From a virus: a stretch of DNA of 44,419 nt. The DNA is taken from the UHGV virus genome UHGV-0384003. The stretch is one strand, 5' to 3'. Shown here piece by piece: positions 1 through 9,607 of this stretch (positions within the stretch are counted from its first letter, which is position 1; each line of letters opens with the position of its first letter). Both the position numbers and the translations under genes were made by a program. The notes below the pieces were generated by a model. The model was not told where the DNA came from, searched no databases, and saw only the letters and a program-made list of their open reading frames with translations.

Positions 1-129
1 TTCTGGATAAACTTGATTTTGCATTATTAATTACCTCCCATATGACTATTCGAGAGAAACTCGAGTAGTCTTTTTTATTACAAATATAAAGAGTATTTAA
101 CGTAAAGGCGTGTGATAACGTGAAAAGAA

Positions 130-627
130 ATGATTAAACTCACCCCGAAACAAGAAAGGTTTGTTTTAGGACTTATAGAAGGTAAAAGCCAACGCAAGGC
201 ATACATTGACGCAGGTTATTCGACCAAAGGTAAGAGTGGCAAATACTTAGATAAAGAAGCAAGTACACTTTTAAAAAATCGGAAGGTTTCCGGAAGGTAT
301 GAAGAATTGCGTCAAGAAGCAGCCGAACAATCAAAATGGACACGCCAAAAGGCTTTTGACGAATATGAGTGGCTAAAAAACATATCTAAACAAGATATAA
401 ATGACAATGGCTTAAAAAAGTCATCAGCAGATGCATTTGTAGCTGGTTTAGATGGTATGAACAGAATGATGTTAGGCAATGAGCAACTAACTAACAAGAA
501 GATTGAAGCAGAAATTAAGATGCTTGAAAAGAAAATCGAGCAAATGGATCGTGACAATGAAGCAAGCACCGAAGATAAGATATTACAATTACGCCAATCA
601 ATTAAGGATGTGTTGATAGATGAGTAG
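130..627 (+). CDS. terS: terminase small subunit
   Basis: First gene of the late operon, immediately upstream of and overlapping the large terminase. Basic N-terminal HTH-like segment (KQERFVLGLIEGKSQRKAYIDAGYS) typical of phi11-family TerS. Acidic coiled-coil C-terminus. Confidence 0.75.
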   Translation: MIKLTPKQERFVLGLIEGKSQRKAYIDAGYSTKGKSGKYLDKEASTLLKNRKVSGRYEELRQEAAEQSKWTRQKAFDEYEWLKNISKQDINDNGLKKSSADAFVAGLDGMNRMMLGNEQLTNKKIEAEIKMLEKKIEQMDRDNEASTEDKILQLRQSIKDVLIDE

Positions 628-1843
628 ATTAGATGCACTATACACACCTAAACAGATTGATATATTAAAAAATACTTCAAAGCGTGATTGGTTTATGCTT
701 ATCAATCATGGTGCCAAACGTACAGGAAAAACAATATTGAATAACGATTTGTTTTTAGATGAATTAATAAGAGTTAGACAAATAGCTAATAAAGAAGGTG
801 TAGAAACGCCTCAATATATTCTAGCTGGTGCAACGCTAGGAACGATTAGTAAAAACGTACTTGTAGAATTAACTAATAAATATGGCATAGAATTTGAGTT
901 TGATAAATATAATAGTTTTACCTTGTTCGGTGTCAAGGTAGTGCAAGTAGGACATAGTAAAGTTAGTGGTATCGCAGCAATACGTGGTATGACTTCATAC
1001 GGAGCATATATCAATGAGGCATCGCTCGCTCATGAAGAAGTATTTGATGAGATTAAATCGCGTTGTAGTGGTTACGGCGCAAGGATATTAGTTGATACAA
1101 ATCCCGACCATCCAGAACATTGGTTGCTAAAAGATTATATTCAGAATGATGACCCAAAAGCTGGTATATTATCTTATCGATTTAAATTAGACGACAACAC
1201 TTTTTTAAATAAAAGATACAAAGAATCTATCAAAGCATCTACACCAACTGGCATGTTTTACGAACGTAACATTAATGGTGAATGGGTGTCAGGTGATGGC
1301 GTTGTGTATGCAGATTTCGATTTGCAACTCAATACGATTACAAAAGAAGAAATGGCAACCATTCCAATAAAAAAATATTTTGCCGGTGTCGATTGGGGCT
1401 TTGAACACTTTGGTTCAATTGTATTACTTGGAGAAGGGATAAACGGAAAGGTTTATCTAATCGAAGAATACGCTTATCAACACAAATTTATTGATGAGTG
1501 GGTAGAAGTAGCGAAAATGTTAATCGGTAAATACGGGAATATTAACTTCTATTGTGATACTGCTCGACCTGAATACCTAACCGAGTTCAGACGTCATGGT
1601 ATTAGAGCAATCAACGCAGATAAAGCTAAATTATCTGGTGTCGAAGAAGTTGCTAAGCTTTTTAAACGTCGCGATTTAATGGTTGTTTATGAATCTATGG
1701 AGAGATTTAAACAAGAAATATATAAATACGTTTGGAATGAAACAACCGGCGAACCTATCAAAGAGTTTGATGATGTACTGGATAGTCTCAGATACGCAAT
1801 ATATACACACTTTAAACCCGAAAGGTTAAGGAGGGCGAGATAA
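620..1843 (+). CDS. terL: terminase large subunit (ATPase/nuclease)
   Basis: 407 aa. Walker A-like GAKRTGKT near the N-terminus and C-terminal RNaseH-like nuclease region with conserved acidic residues. Lies between terS and portal. Confidence 0.88.
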   Translation: MSRLDALYTPKQIDILKNTSKRDWFMLINHGAKRTGKTILNNDLFLDELIRVRQIANKEGVETPQYILAGATLGTISKNVLVELTNKYGIEFEFDKYNSFTLFGVKVVQVGHSKVSGIAAIRGMTSYGAYINEASLAHEEVFDEIKSRCSGYGARILVDTNPDHPEHWLLKDYIQNDDPKAGILSYRFKLDDNTFLNKRYKESIKASTPTGMFYERNINGEWVSGDGVVYADFDLQLNTITKEEMATIPIKKYFAGVDWGFEHFGSIVLLGEGINGKVYLIEEYAYQHKFIDEWVEVAKMLIGKYGNINFYCDTARPEYLTEFRRHGIRAINADKAKLSGVEEVAKLFKRRDLMVVYESMERFKQEIYKYVWNETTGEPIKEFDDVLDSLRYAIYTHFKPERLRRAR

Positions 1844-1845
1844 AT

Positions 1846-3264
1846 TTGTATAAACTGATTGATGATATTAAAGCAAAAGGTGTACTGCCAAAGCATATAG
1901 AAGCCCTTATAGAGTCTCATAAAGACGATAGAGAGCGCATGGTTAACCTTTATAACAGATATAAAACACATATTGATTATGTGCCAATATTTAAACGTCG
2001 CCCCATCGAAGAAAAAGAAGATTTTGAGCGTGGCGGTAATGTTAGACGTTTGGATATATCTATAAACAATAAGTTAAACAACTCGTTTGATAGTGAAATT
2101 GTAGATACTCGTGTGGGTTATTTACACGGTGTACCAATTACTTACGATTTAGATGAAAGTAACAAAACAAATGAGAAACTTAAAGAGTTTATCACTGATT
2201 TTACTATTCGTAATAGTATTGATGATGAAGATTCAGAAATTGGCAAAATGGCCGCTATTTGCGGTTATGGTGCTAGATTAACTTACATTGATACTAATGG
2301 TGACATTCGCATAAAGAATATTGACCCTTTTAACGTAGTGTTTGTTGGAGAAAGTATTATAGAACCAACATATTCACTGCGTTATTTTTACGAAGAAGAT
2401 GACGACAATGGCACTGAGTATGTTTACGCAGAATTCTATGACGACACATATTACTACGTATTCCGTGGTGATGGTATAGATGCATTGCAAGAAGTTGGTC
2501 GTTATGAACATCTATTCGATTACAATCCGCTATTCGGTGTACCGAATAACAAAGAAATGATAGGTGACGCCGAAAAGGTGATTCACTTGATAGACGCTTA
2601 TGACTTAACAATGAGTGATGCGTCTAGCGAGATTAGTCAGACGCGTCTTGCTTATCTTGTATTACGTGGTATGGGTATGAACGAGCAAATGATACAAGAG
2701 ACCCAAAAGAGTGGTGCGTTTGAGTTGTTCGATAAAGATATGGACGTTAAATATCTTACTAAAGATGTCAACGACGGAATGATAGAAAATCACTTAGATC
2801 GCATTGAGAAAAACATCATGCGTTTTGCTAAGTCAGTCAATTTCAATTCTGATGAATTTAATGGAAACGTTCCTATTATTGGTATGAAATTAAAATTAAT
2901 GGCACTAGAAAACAAATGTATGACTTTTGAACGTAAGATGACGGCAATGCTCCGTTATCAATTTAAAGTTATTTTATCAGCGTTAAAACGCAAAGGTTAC
3001 AACGTAGATGAAAACAGTTACTTAAACCTTATATTTAAATTCACGCGTAATATTCCAGTGAATAAATTAGAAGAATCGCAAGTGCTAATTAACTTAAGAG
3101 GTCAAGTATCTGAACGTACAAGACTAGGACAATCACAACTGGTCGATGATGTTGATTACGAGCTTGATGAGATGGAGCGAGATAACTTCGAAATAAATAA
3201 AAACATTCCTGATATAAATGAGGGAAACGACGATGGCAGAACGCAAGATAACCAATCAGAATGA
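1846..3264 (+). CDS. portal protein (SPP1 gp6-like)
   Basis: 472 aa, directly downstream of terL and tightly packed. Acidic C-terminus. Size and position typical of siphovirus portals. Confidence 0.85.
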   Translation: MYKLIDDIKAKGVLPKHIEALIESHKDDRERMVNLYNRYKTHIDYVPIFKRRPIEEKEDFERGGNVRRLDISINNKLNNSFDSEIVDTRVGYLHGVPITYDLDESNKTNEKLKEFITDFTIRNSIDDEDSEIGKMAAICGYGARLTYIDTNGDIRIKNIDPFNVVFVGESIIEPTYSLRYFYEEDDDNGTEYVYAEFYDDTYYYVFRGDGIDALQEVGRYEHLFDYNPLFGVPNNKEMIGDAEKVIHLIDAYDLTMSDASSEISQTRLAYLVLRGMGMNEQMIQETQKSGAFELFDKDMDVKYLTKDVNDGMIENHLDRIEKNIMRFAKSVNFNSDEFNGNVPIIGMKLKLMALENKCMTFERKMTAMLRYQFKVILSALKRKGYNVDENSYLNLIFKFTRNIPVNKLEESQVLINLRGQVSERTRLGQSQLVDDVDYELDEMERDNFEINKNIPDINEGNDDGRTQDNQSE

Positions 3265-4180
3265 TATTGATAATTACATTGAAAAGTTAAATGCACAAGC
3301 TGAAAAAGAAATAGAAATATTATTTGCCAACCGTTTGGAAGTTATCAAACTGGAATTGGCAGATATGTTTGAAAAGTACCATTCCGATGACGTTCATGTA
3401 ACATGGACTGAATTTAATAAATATAATCGCTTAAATAAAGAATTGGAAAGAATAGGACAAATGCTGACCGACGATTACAATCAAATAGCTAAAGCAATTA
3501 AACAGACTCAACATAACGCTTACATTGAGAAGTATATGATGAGTCTTTATTTGTATGAAATGGCTAATCAAACATCTATGCAGTTTGATGTGCCTACTGC
3601 GTCTGCAATCAACAAAGCAATCGAGCAACCAATTGAGTTTATTAAATTGGTGCCTACATTACAAAAACATCGCGATGAAGTGCTTAAAAAGATACGTATA
3701 CACATCACACAAGGCATTATGAGCGGTGAAGGTTATTCTAAGATAGCTAAAGCGTTACGTGATGATATAGGTATGACGAAAGCACAATCACAACGTGTAG
3801 CACGTACAGAGGCAGGTAGAGCAATGTCACAAGCCGGACTAGATAGTGCAAAAGTTGCTAAAGATAACGGATTAGACATGAAGAAACGTTGGTCTGCTAC
3901 TAAAGATGCGCGCACCCGTGATACGCACCGTCATTTAGATGGTCAATCGGTGGGTATAGACGACAACTTTAAATCTAGTGGTTGTGTAGGTCCTGCACCA
4001 CATCTATTTGTAGGTGTAGCTAGTGCAAAAGAGAATATTAACTGTCGTTGTAAGTTATTGTATTACATTGATAAAGATGACTTACCTGGTGTCATGCGTG
4101 TGCGTAATGACGATGGCACAACAGAAGTGATACCACACATGACATATCGTGAGTGGGAAAAACAGAAATGCAAAGGATAG
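3233..4180 (+). CDS. minor head protein (SPP1 gp7 / Mu F-like)
   Basis: Follows and overlaps the portal gene. ORF-track start is 3218; the internal ATG at 3233 (MAERKIT) is the more likely start. This position conventionally holds a Mu-F-like head morphogenesis protein. Confidence 0.7.
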   Translation: MAERKITNQNDIDNYIEKLNAQAEKEIEILFANRLEVIKLELADMFEKYHSDDVHVTWTEFNKYNRLNKELERIGQMLTDDYNQIAKAIKQTQHNAYIEKYMMSLYLYEMANQTSMQFDVPTASAINKAIEQPIEFIKLVPTLQKHRDEVLKKIRIHITQGIMSGEGYSKIAKALRDDIGMTKAQSQRVARTEAGRAMSQAGLDSAKVAKDNGLDMKKRWSATKDARTRDTHRHLDGQSVGIDDNFKSSGCVGPAPHLFVGVASAKENINCRCKLLYYIDKDDLPGVMRVRNDDGTTEVIPHMTYREWEKQKCKG

Positions 4181-4284
4181 CAACCTAACTGTTCGACCTG
4201 AAGTATGTCGCTAAACTGCTTTTTTATTATGCACTTTTCGGGCTGTTACGGTACGCAAAGGGCGAAAAAAAGGAGCAATGATAT

Positions 4285-4869
4285 ATGAATGTCGAGGATA
4301 TTAAGTCGTACTTTGAAGAACATAAAGACGACAAAGACGTAAAAGAGTATCTAAGTGGACTTAAGACGGTGTCTGTTGATGACGTTAAAGGCTTTTTAGA
4401 TACAGAAGAAGGTAAGCGATTTATCCAACCTGAATTAGATCGTTATCACACAAAAGGTTTAGAAAGTTGGAAAGAAAAGAACCTTGAAAACTTGATTGAA
4501 AAAGAGGTTCAAAAACGAAACCCTGAACAATCTGAAGAACAAAAACGCATCACGGCACTTGAACAAGAACTCGAAAAACGTGATGCAGAAGCTAAACGCG
4601 AAAAATTGAAAAGCTATGCGTTAAGCAAAGCGCAAGAATTAAACGTTCCATCTTCTTTAGTAGATAGATTTGTAGGCGAAAGTGACGAGGATACTGATGC
4701 AAACTTACAATCTCTGAAAGAAACTTTTGACAAACACATTCAAAAAGGTGTCGAGTCTAAATTTAAAGCAAGTGGAAGAGATGTGAGAGATGTTCAAGAA
4801 AATAACACTACACCTCCACATGTAAAGTCTATTGAAGAAATGGCGCAAGAAGTAAATATTAGAAAATAA
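4285..4869 (+). CDS. scaffolding protein
   Basis: 194 aa, highly charged and alpha-helical (EQELEKRDAEAKREKLK). Immediately upstream of the major capsid gene. RBS AAAGGAG. Confidence 0.7.
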   Translation: MNVEDIKSYFEEHKDDKDVKEYLSGLKTVSVDDVKGFLDTEEGKRFIQPELDRYHTKGLESWKEKNLENLIEKEVQKRNPEQSEEQKRITALEQELEKRDAEAKREKLKSYALSKAQELNVPSSLVDRFVGESDEDTDANLQSLKETFDKHIQKGVESKFKASGRDVRDVQENNTTPPHVKSIEEMAQEVNIRK

Positions 4870-4885
4870 AGTGAGGTTATAAAAT

Positions 4886-5836
4886 ATGGCAGTACCAAAT
4901 TATACTCCGAGTAATGTAATTTTATCGGATTTTAAAAATGGTGTAATTCCTGAAGAACAAGGTTCTTTAATTATGAAAGATATCATGGCTAATTCAGCGA
5001 TTATGAAATTAGCTAAAAATGAGCCGATGAATGCTCAAAAGAAAAAATTTACTTATTTAGCAAAAGGTGTAGGAGCATACTGGGTATCAGAAACTGAACG
5101 TATCCAAACTTCTAAACCAGAATATGCTCAAGCAGAAATGGAAGCTAAAAAGATTGGTGTAATCATTCCATTATCTAAAGAATTTTTAAAATGGACTGCG
5201 AAGGATTTCTTCAATGAAGTTAAACCTTTAATTGCAGAAGCGTTCTACAAAGCGTTTGACCAAGCTGTTATCTTTGGGACTGAATCACCTTATAACAAAG
5301 ATACAAGTGGAAAACCGTTAATTACTGGTGCAGAAGAAAAAGGTAACGTTGTTAAAGATACAAATGATTTATACGTAGACCTTTCTGCTTTAATGGCAAC
5401 AATCGAAGATGAAGAATTAGATCCAAACGGTGTGTTAACTACTCGTTCGTTCCGTAGCAAAATGCGTAATGCACTAGATGCTAACAAGCACCCGTTATTC
5501 GATGCTAACGGCAACGAGATTATGGGTCTTCCGTTATCTTATACAGGCGCTGATGTGTACGACAAGAAGAAATCGTTAGCATTAATGGGTGATTGGGATT
5601 ATGCACGTTATGGTATTTTACAAGGTATCGAATATGCAATCTCTGAAGATGCAACGTTAACGACATTACAAGCGTCAGATGCATCTGATAAGCCAGTATC
5701 TCTATTCGAGCGTGATATGTTCGCGTTACGTGCTACAATGCATATCGCATACATGAATGTTAAACCTGAAGCATTCGCTACATTACAACCTAAAGGTGAA
5801 AATACAGGAGCGGGAGTTGGTACAGGTGAACAATAA
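4886..5836 (+). CDS. major capsid protein (HK97 fold)
   Basis: 316 aa following the scaffold gene, RBS GTGAGG. Size, composition and position match phi11-like major capsid proteins. Confidence 0.85.
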   Translation: MAVPNYTPSNVILSDFKNGVIPEEQGSLIMKDIMANSAIMKLAKNEPMNAQKKKFTYLAKGVGAYWVSETERIQTSKPEYAQAEMEAKKIGVIIPLSKEFLKWTAKDFFNEVKPLIAEAFYKAFDQAVIFGTESPYNKDTSGKPLITGAEEKGNVVKDTNDLYVDLSALMATIEDEELDPNGVLTTRSFRSKMRNALDANKHPLFDANGNEIMGLPLSYTGADVYDKKKSLALMGDWDYARYGILQGIEYAISEDATLTTLQASDASDKPVSLFERDMFALRATMHIAYMNVKPEAFATLQPKGENTGAGVGTGEQ

Positions 5837-5969
5837 AGCTGAAGTAATTAAAGTAAAATGCGATGGACAAGAGTTGGCAGTAACTCGTAAAGCGTTTGAA
5901 GCTTATTATAGTCATGTAGGCTTTGAAGAGGTTAAGAAACGTCGTTCAACATCTAAAAAGAACGGGTGA
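5826..5969 (+). CDS. small hypothetical head-module protein (start uncertain)
   Basis: The ORF-track frame 5757..5969 overlaps the capsid 3' end. A GTG at 5826 just before the capsid stop gives a 47-aa product. Weak call. Confidence 0.3.
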   Translation: MNNKAEVIKVKCDGQELAVTRKAFEAYYSHVGFEEVKKRRSTSKKNG

Positions 5970-6325
5970 TTGATATGACACTATACGAAGAAATTAAACT
6001 TCTTCTAAAAAGAAATGGTATAGAAATCAAGGAAGATGAAGAGTCGTTGTTCGTTATGGAAGTTGATGGCATTCTTGATGATGTTAAACATGTAACGAAT
6101 AATGACTTTGTTGTTGATGGGCAAACTAATTATCCATATGCAATAAAAAAATATGTTGCAGATGTGATCGAATATTATCAACGCCCAGAAGTTAGAAAAG
6201 GATTAAAATCTAGAAGTATGGGGACAGTATCGTACACATACAATGATGGCCTTCCTGATTATATAAGTGACGTGTTAAACAGATATAAACGTGCTAAATT
6301 CCACGTTTTTAAACCCATAAGATAG
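5966..6325 (+). CDS. head-tail connector protein (gp6-like)
   Basis: 119 aa, small acidic protein at the head-tail joining position. Overlapping stop/start with neighbours. Confidence 0.55.
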   Translation: MIDMTLYEEIKLLLKRNGIEIKEDEESLFVMEVDGILDDVKHVTNNDFVVDGQTNYPYAIKKYVADVIEYYQRPEVRKGLKSRSMGTVSYTYNDGLPDYISDVLNRYKRAKFHVFKPIR

Positions 6326-6327
6326 GA

Positions 6328-6666
6328 GTGTTAATCGTGTTCGACCCATACGACGAGTTTCCACATGCTATTTCAAAAGGTCAAATTGAAGTTGTAGGCG
6401 ATTTCAAGTTTAAAAAAGAGCGCTACAAAAGCGAAAAAAATATAAAAGGTTTTATGGATACGCCTACTACTTCAGAACAACTTAAATATCATCAAATGTC
6501 ATCTGAATACGACAGAAACCTATATGTACCTTATGACCTACCAATAAACGATAACGATTACTTTAAATACGAGGGTAAAATCTTTGGTATTGTAGGTGAG
6601 CCTGTAGATCAAGGTGGCCAACATGAAATTAAGTTAATTCGACTTAAAGAGGCACCTTATGGCTAA
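6328..6666 (+). CDS. head-tail adaptor / head closure protein
   Basis: 112 aa, next in the conserved head-tail joining series. Its stop overlaps the start of the next gene. Confidence 0.55.
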   Translation: MLIVFDPYDEFPHAISKGQIEVVGDFKFKKERYKSEKNIKGFMDTPTTSEQLKYHQMSSEYDRNLYVPYDLPINDNDYFKYEGKIFGIVGEPVDQGGQHEIKLIRLKEAPYG

Positions 6667-6888
6667 AGTGAAATATGGTGCAGATAGTTTAGTCGTTGAG
6701 TTGGAACGGTACCAAAAAAATGTCGAGAAGTGGGCAAAAAAAGGTATAGCTAAAACCACAATGAAGATATATAACACTGCCGTAGCATTAGCGCCAGTTG
6801 ACTTAGGATTTTTGAAAGAAAGTATTGATTTCAAATTCACTAATGGTGGTTTGACTGGTGTAATCAGTGTAGGTGCTGATTACGCGAT
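6659..6888 (+). CDS. HK97 gp10-family head-tail protein, exon 1 (interrupted by a group I intron)
   Basis: The reading frame ends artificially at 6925. The conserved gp10 motif ...GADYAIYVEYGTG... resumes in frame at 7859 after a 970-nt insertion. The last exon nucleotide is U (6888). Confidence 0.6.
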
Positions 6889-7858
6889 AAAACGTATGTC
6901 GCAATTACTGGTAACAGTAATTTAAAAATCGGGGTAAATCGGTGGAAGTCTTATCTAAACAGTTGATTACCGAATTCGGTACAGGTATAATAAGCATGAG
7001 GTGATTAACTTGGATAGAAATTCAAAAGGTCAATTTGTTAAAGGTAAAAATATTAGAGATAAAACTGGTAAAAAGTACGGCAGGCTAACTGTTCTAAGCT
7101 TATCTAAAAAACGATCTGGAAGAAAAACGTATTGGAATTGTATATGTGAATGTGGTAATACGGTAGAAGTTAGAAGTGATTGTTTAGGTACTACACTTTC
7201 GTGTGGTTGTCTGAAAAGAGAACAAAATAGAATTAATTTAACTGCTAATCATTCACATAAACAGAGTAGAACTAGGTTATATCACATTTGGCAAAATATG
7301 AAATCAAGATGTTATAACCAAAACAACAAACGCTACGAAAATTACGGTCGCAAGGGTATTAAAGTTTGCGAAGAATGGTTAGACTTTAATGTATTTTATC
7401 AATGGTCTTTGAAATCTGGTTATAACGATACTATGACAATCGAAAGAAATGACATAGAAAAAGGTTATTATCCGGAAAATTGTTGTTGGATACCATTTAA
7501 TGAACAAGCGAATAATCGAAATAGAACTATTTGGGTTGAATGGAATGGTAAAAAACGAAATTTGAAACAATGGTCAAAAGAATTAGGTATTAATTACGGA
7601 ACGTTGAATTCGAGATATAATCGAAGTGGAATGAGACCTCCAGAATTATTTTATCCAGTTAAAAGATAACACCGAGGTAACTTAATAGATTGCGAAAGGC
7701 TGTTAAGCACCGTAGAGCGTACCAGTTGAATAAATATAATACTGGCAAGAGACTCCGACAACCAATAAAGGTTGTCTTTTTTATTGGTTGAAAATGTACG
7801 CCGAACTCACTGGTGACAGTGAGAAGTAGAGGATAAAAAGCCACTACGATAACAAATG
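6889..7858 (+). other. group I self-splicing intron with embedded homing-endonuclease ORF
   Basis: Exon 1 ends GCGAU (6884-6888) and pairs with intron GUCGC (6898-6902), giving a P1 helix with a U.G wobble at the splice site. A P2-like hairpin ATTACTG-gtaa-CAGTAAT lies at 6904-6921. The intron ends in G (7858). It carries a free-standing endonuclease ORF. Exon junction restores ...DYAIYVEYGTGIY.... Confidence 0.55.
7001..7669 (+). CDS. intron-encoded HNH-family homing endonuclease
   Basis: 222 aa. N-terminal Cys-rich zinc-ribbon-like region (CICECG...CGCL). Central YHIWQNMKSRC...YENYGRKGIKVCEEW motif and IERNDIEKGYYPENCCWIPFNEQANNR motif, both typical of phage HNH homing endonucleases. Lies entirely inside the non-coding interruption of the gp10-like gene. 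Confidence 0.6.
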   Translation: MINLDRNSKGQFVKGKNIRDKTGKKYGRLTVLSLSKKRSGRKTYWNCICECGNTVEVRSDCLGTTLSCGCLKREQNRINLTANHSHKQSRTRLYHIWQNMKSRCYNQNNKRYENYGRKGIKVCEEWLDFNVFYQWSLKSGYNDTMTIERNDIEKGYYPENCCWIPFNEQANNRNRTIWVEWNGKKRNLKQWSKELGINYGTLNSRYNRSGMRPPELFYPVKR

Positions 7859-8042
7859 ATACGTTGAATACGGGACTGGGATTTATGCAACAGGTCCTGG
7901 TGGCTCTCGTGCCAAAAAAATTCCTTGGTCCTATAAAGACGCAGACGGTAAATGGCATACTACTAAAGGTCAACACGCTCAACCTTTTTGGAACCCTGCA
8001 ATAGACGCTGGACGTCAAGTGTTCAATAAATATTTTTCATAA
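7859..8042 (+). CDS. HK97 gp10-family head-tail protein, exon 2
   Basis: The in-frame continuation (A)YVEYGTGIYATGPGGSRAKKIPWSYKDADGKWHTTKGQHAQPFWNPAIDAGRQVFNKYFS* carries the conserved YvEyGT and aqPFw.PA motifs of the HK97 gp10 family. It has no start codon or RBS of its own. Confidence 0.6.
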
Positions 8043-8057
8043 AAGGCGGTAAAAAAT

Positions 8058-8480
8058 ATGTGGGTATCGGTTGAACCTGAACTTACAAGTAGATTATACG
8101 AAACATTAAAAACAGACCCTATCATTAACAAATTAGTTGGTGATAGGGTTTTTGATGTCGTTCAAGATGATGTGCGATACCCATATATTGTTGTGGGTGA
8201 GAGCAACGTCACTAATAATGAAAGCAGTGTAAATATGCGCGAGACGGTAGGCATCGTCTTTCATGTGTATTCGCAATATCCAACACAGTACGAGGCCAAG
8301 CTATTAATTAGCGCTATTGGTTATGTGTTGAACAAACCAATTGAAATAGATAATTACGAATTTAGATACAGTCGAATTGATAGCCAATCAGTATTTCCTG
8401 ATATAGATAGGTTTACTAAGCACGGCACAATTCGACTTTTATTTAATTTCAGACATAAAACTAAGAGAGAGGAAGTGTAA
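8058..8480 (+). CDS. tail completion / head-tail joining protein
   Basis: 140 aa, RBS AAAAGGCGG then ATG. Occupies the conserved slot just before the major tail gene. Confidence 0.5.
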   Translation: MWVSVEPELTSRLYETLKTDPIINKLVGDRVFDVVQDDVRYPYIVVGESNVTNNESSVNMRETVGIVFHVYSQYPTQYEAKLLISAIGYVLNKPIEIDNYEFRYSRIDSQSVFPDIDRFTKHGTIRLLFNFRHKTKREEV

Positions 8481-8482
8481 GC

Positions 8483-9016
8483 ATGGCTCAAAAGAATTAC
8501 TTAGCAGTAGTTAGACCAGCTAAAGATAAATTAGATCCAACTGATGCTTTGCTATTAGCTGACTTACAAGAAGGTGGCCACACAATTGAGAATGACTTGG
8601 CTGAAATCATTCGTGGCGGTAAAACAGATTATGGTGTAAATGCCGTTTCTGAAGAGTTTAAACTCACTATCGGTAATATTCCTGGTGACAAAGGAATTGA
8701 ACAAGTTAAAAAAGCAATTAAAAATGGCGAACAACTGCGTGTATGGTTGTATGAACGCAACAAACGTGATGATGGTAAATATCATGGTGTATTTGCCTAC
8801 ACAGTGCCAGAAAGTTACGAAATGTCATTCGACGATGAAGATAATAAAATTGAATTAACGTTAAAAGTTAAATGGAACTCAGCAGAAGGAACTGAAGCTA
8901 ATCTACCACCAGAATGGTTTGAAGCAGCAGGCGCACCTACTGTTGAATACGAAAGTTTTGCAGAAAAAGTTGGTAGCTTTGAGGACCAATCTAAAGCTAA
9001 AACAACGAGTTCTTAA
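8483..9016 (+). CDS. major tail protein
   Basis: 177 aa, directly upstream of the chaperone pair and tape measure. Followed by a strong hairpin/T-run terminator. Confidence 0.75.
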   Translation: MAQKNYLAVVRPAKDKLDPTDALLLADLQEGGHTIENDLAEIIRGGKTDYGVNAVSEEFKLTIGNIPGDKGIEQVKKAIKNGEQLRVWLYERNKRDDGKYHGVFAYTVPESYEMSFDDEDNKIELTLKVKWNSAEGTEANLPPEWFEAAGAPTVEYESFAEKVGSFEDQSKAKTTSS

Positions 9017-9020
9017 TATT

Positions 9021-9047
9021 AGGGGGCGTGTGTCCCCTTATTTTTTA
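9021..9047 (+). terminator. rho-independent terminator after the major tail gene
   Basis: AGGGGgcgtgtgtCCCCT stem followed by TTATTTTTTAT. Confidence 0.6.
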
Positions 9048-9074
9048 TATAAAATTTGAAAAGAGGTATACATT

Positions 9075-9578
9075 TTGACTGAATTTAACCCAATTACAAC
9101 GCTTACAATCAATGATAATGAAGTAGAAGCTAAAGCATTATTTGCATTTGACTTTAAAGCAAAGAAGTTTGCCGAAGATACGAAAGATAAGGACGGCAAA
9201 ACGGTTACTACACCTGGTTTTAATGTGATTTACAACGGTATTTTGGAACGTGACACGGTTGCTATTGCTAACTTTTGGGAGTGTGCTACTGCATATCTAG
9301 GTAAAAATGCACCTTCTAGAGATGAAATTGAAACAGCTTTAATTGAAATTATTGAAGAAAAAGAGGACACACTTGAATTATTACAAGGCGCTTTAGATGT
9401 ATTAAATAATAGTGGTTTTTTCAAGCAAAAATCTCGAGGGTTCTGGACGCAAATGAACAAAGCGCCTCAAATGGCGAAGGGCGAGGACAAAGAAACAACG
9501 AAAGCTGGTATCGAGTTCATGAAAGAGAACTACAAAGAAATCATGAACGTGGAACCTTACTCAACTATTCAGAAATAA
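9075..9578 (+). CDS. tail assembly chaperone (gpG analogue)
   Basis: 167 aa acidic protein between the major tail and tape measure genes. Contains the U UUU UUC slippery heptamer at 9416-9422. Confidence 0.7.
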   Translation: MTEFNPITTLTINDNEVEAKALFAFDFKAKKFAEDTKDKDGKTVTTPGFNVIYNGILERDTVAIANFWECATAYLGKNAPSRDEIETALIEIIEEKEDTLELLQGALDVLNNSGFFKQKSRGFWTQMNKAPQMAKGEDKETTKAGIEFMKENYKEIMNVEPYSTIQK

Positions 9579-9607
9579 GACAATTAACGAGTAGGTTTAT
9601 AGGTTAT

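Noticed and set aside
1-60. Strong minus-strand RBS plus ATG (GGGAGGTAATTAATAATG, ATG at complement of 22-24) reading out of the window start. If the ends are joined circularly it would give a ~34-aa ORF continuing into 44419 downward.
   Set aside because: Only 8 codons lie inside the window. Continuity across the ends cannot be established from this linear window, so it is not called.
7659-8018. 119-aa minus-strand ORF overlapping the intron 3' region and exon 2
   Set aside because: It covers the structured 3' part of the intron and the conserved exon 2 of the gp10-like gene. No RBS. Artefact of AT-rich sequence.
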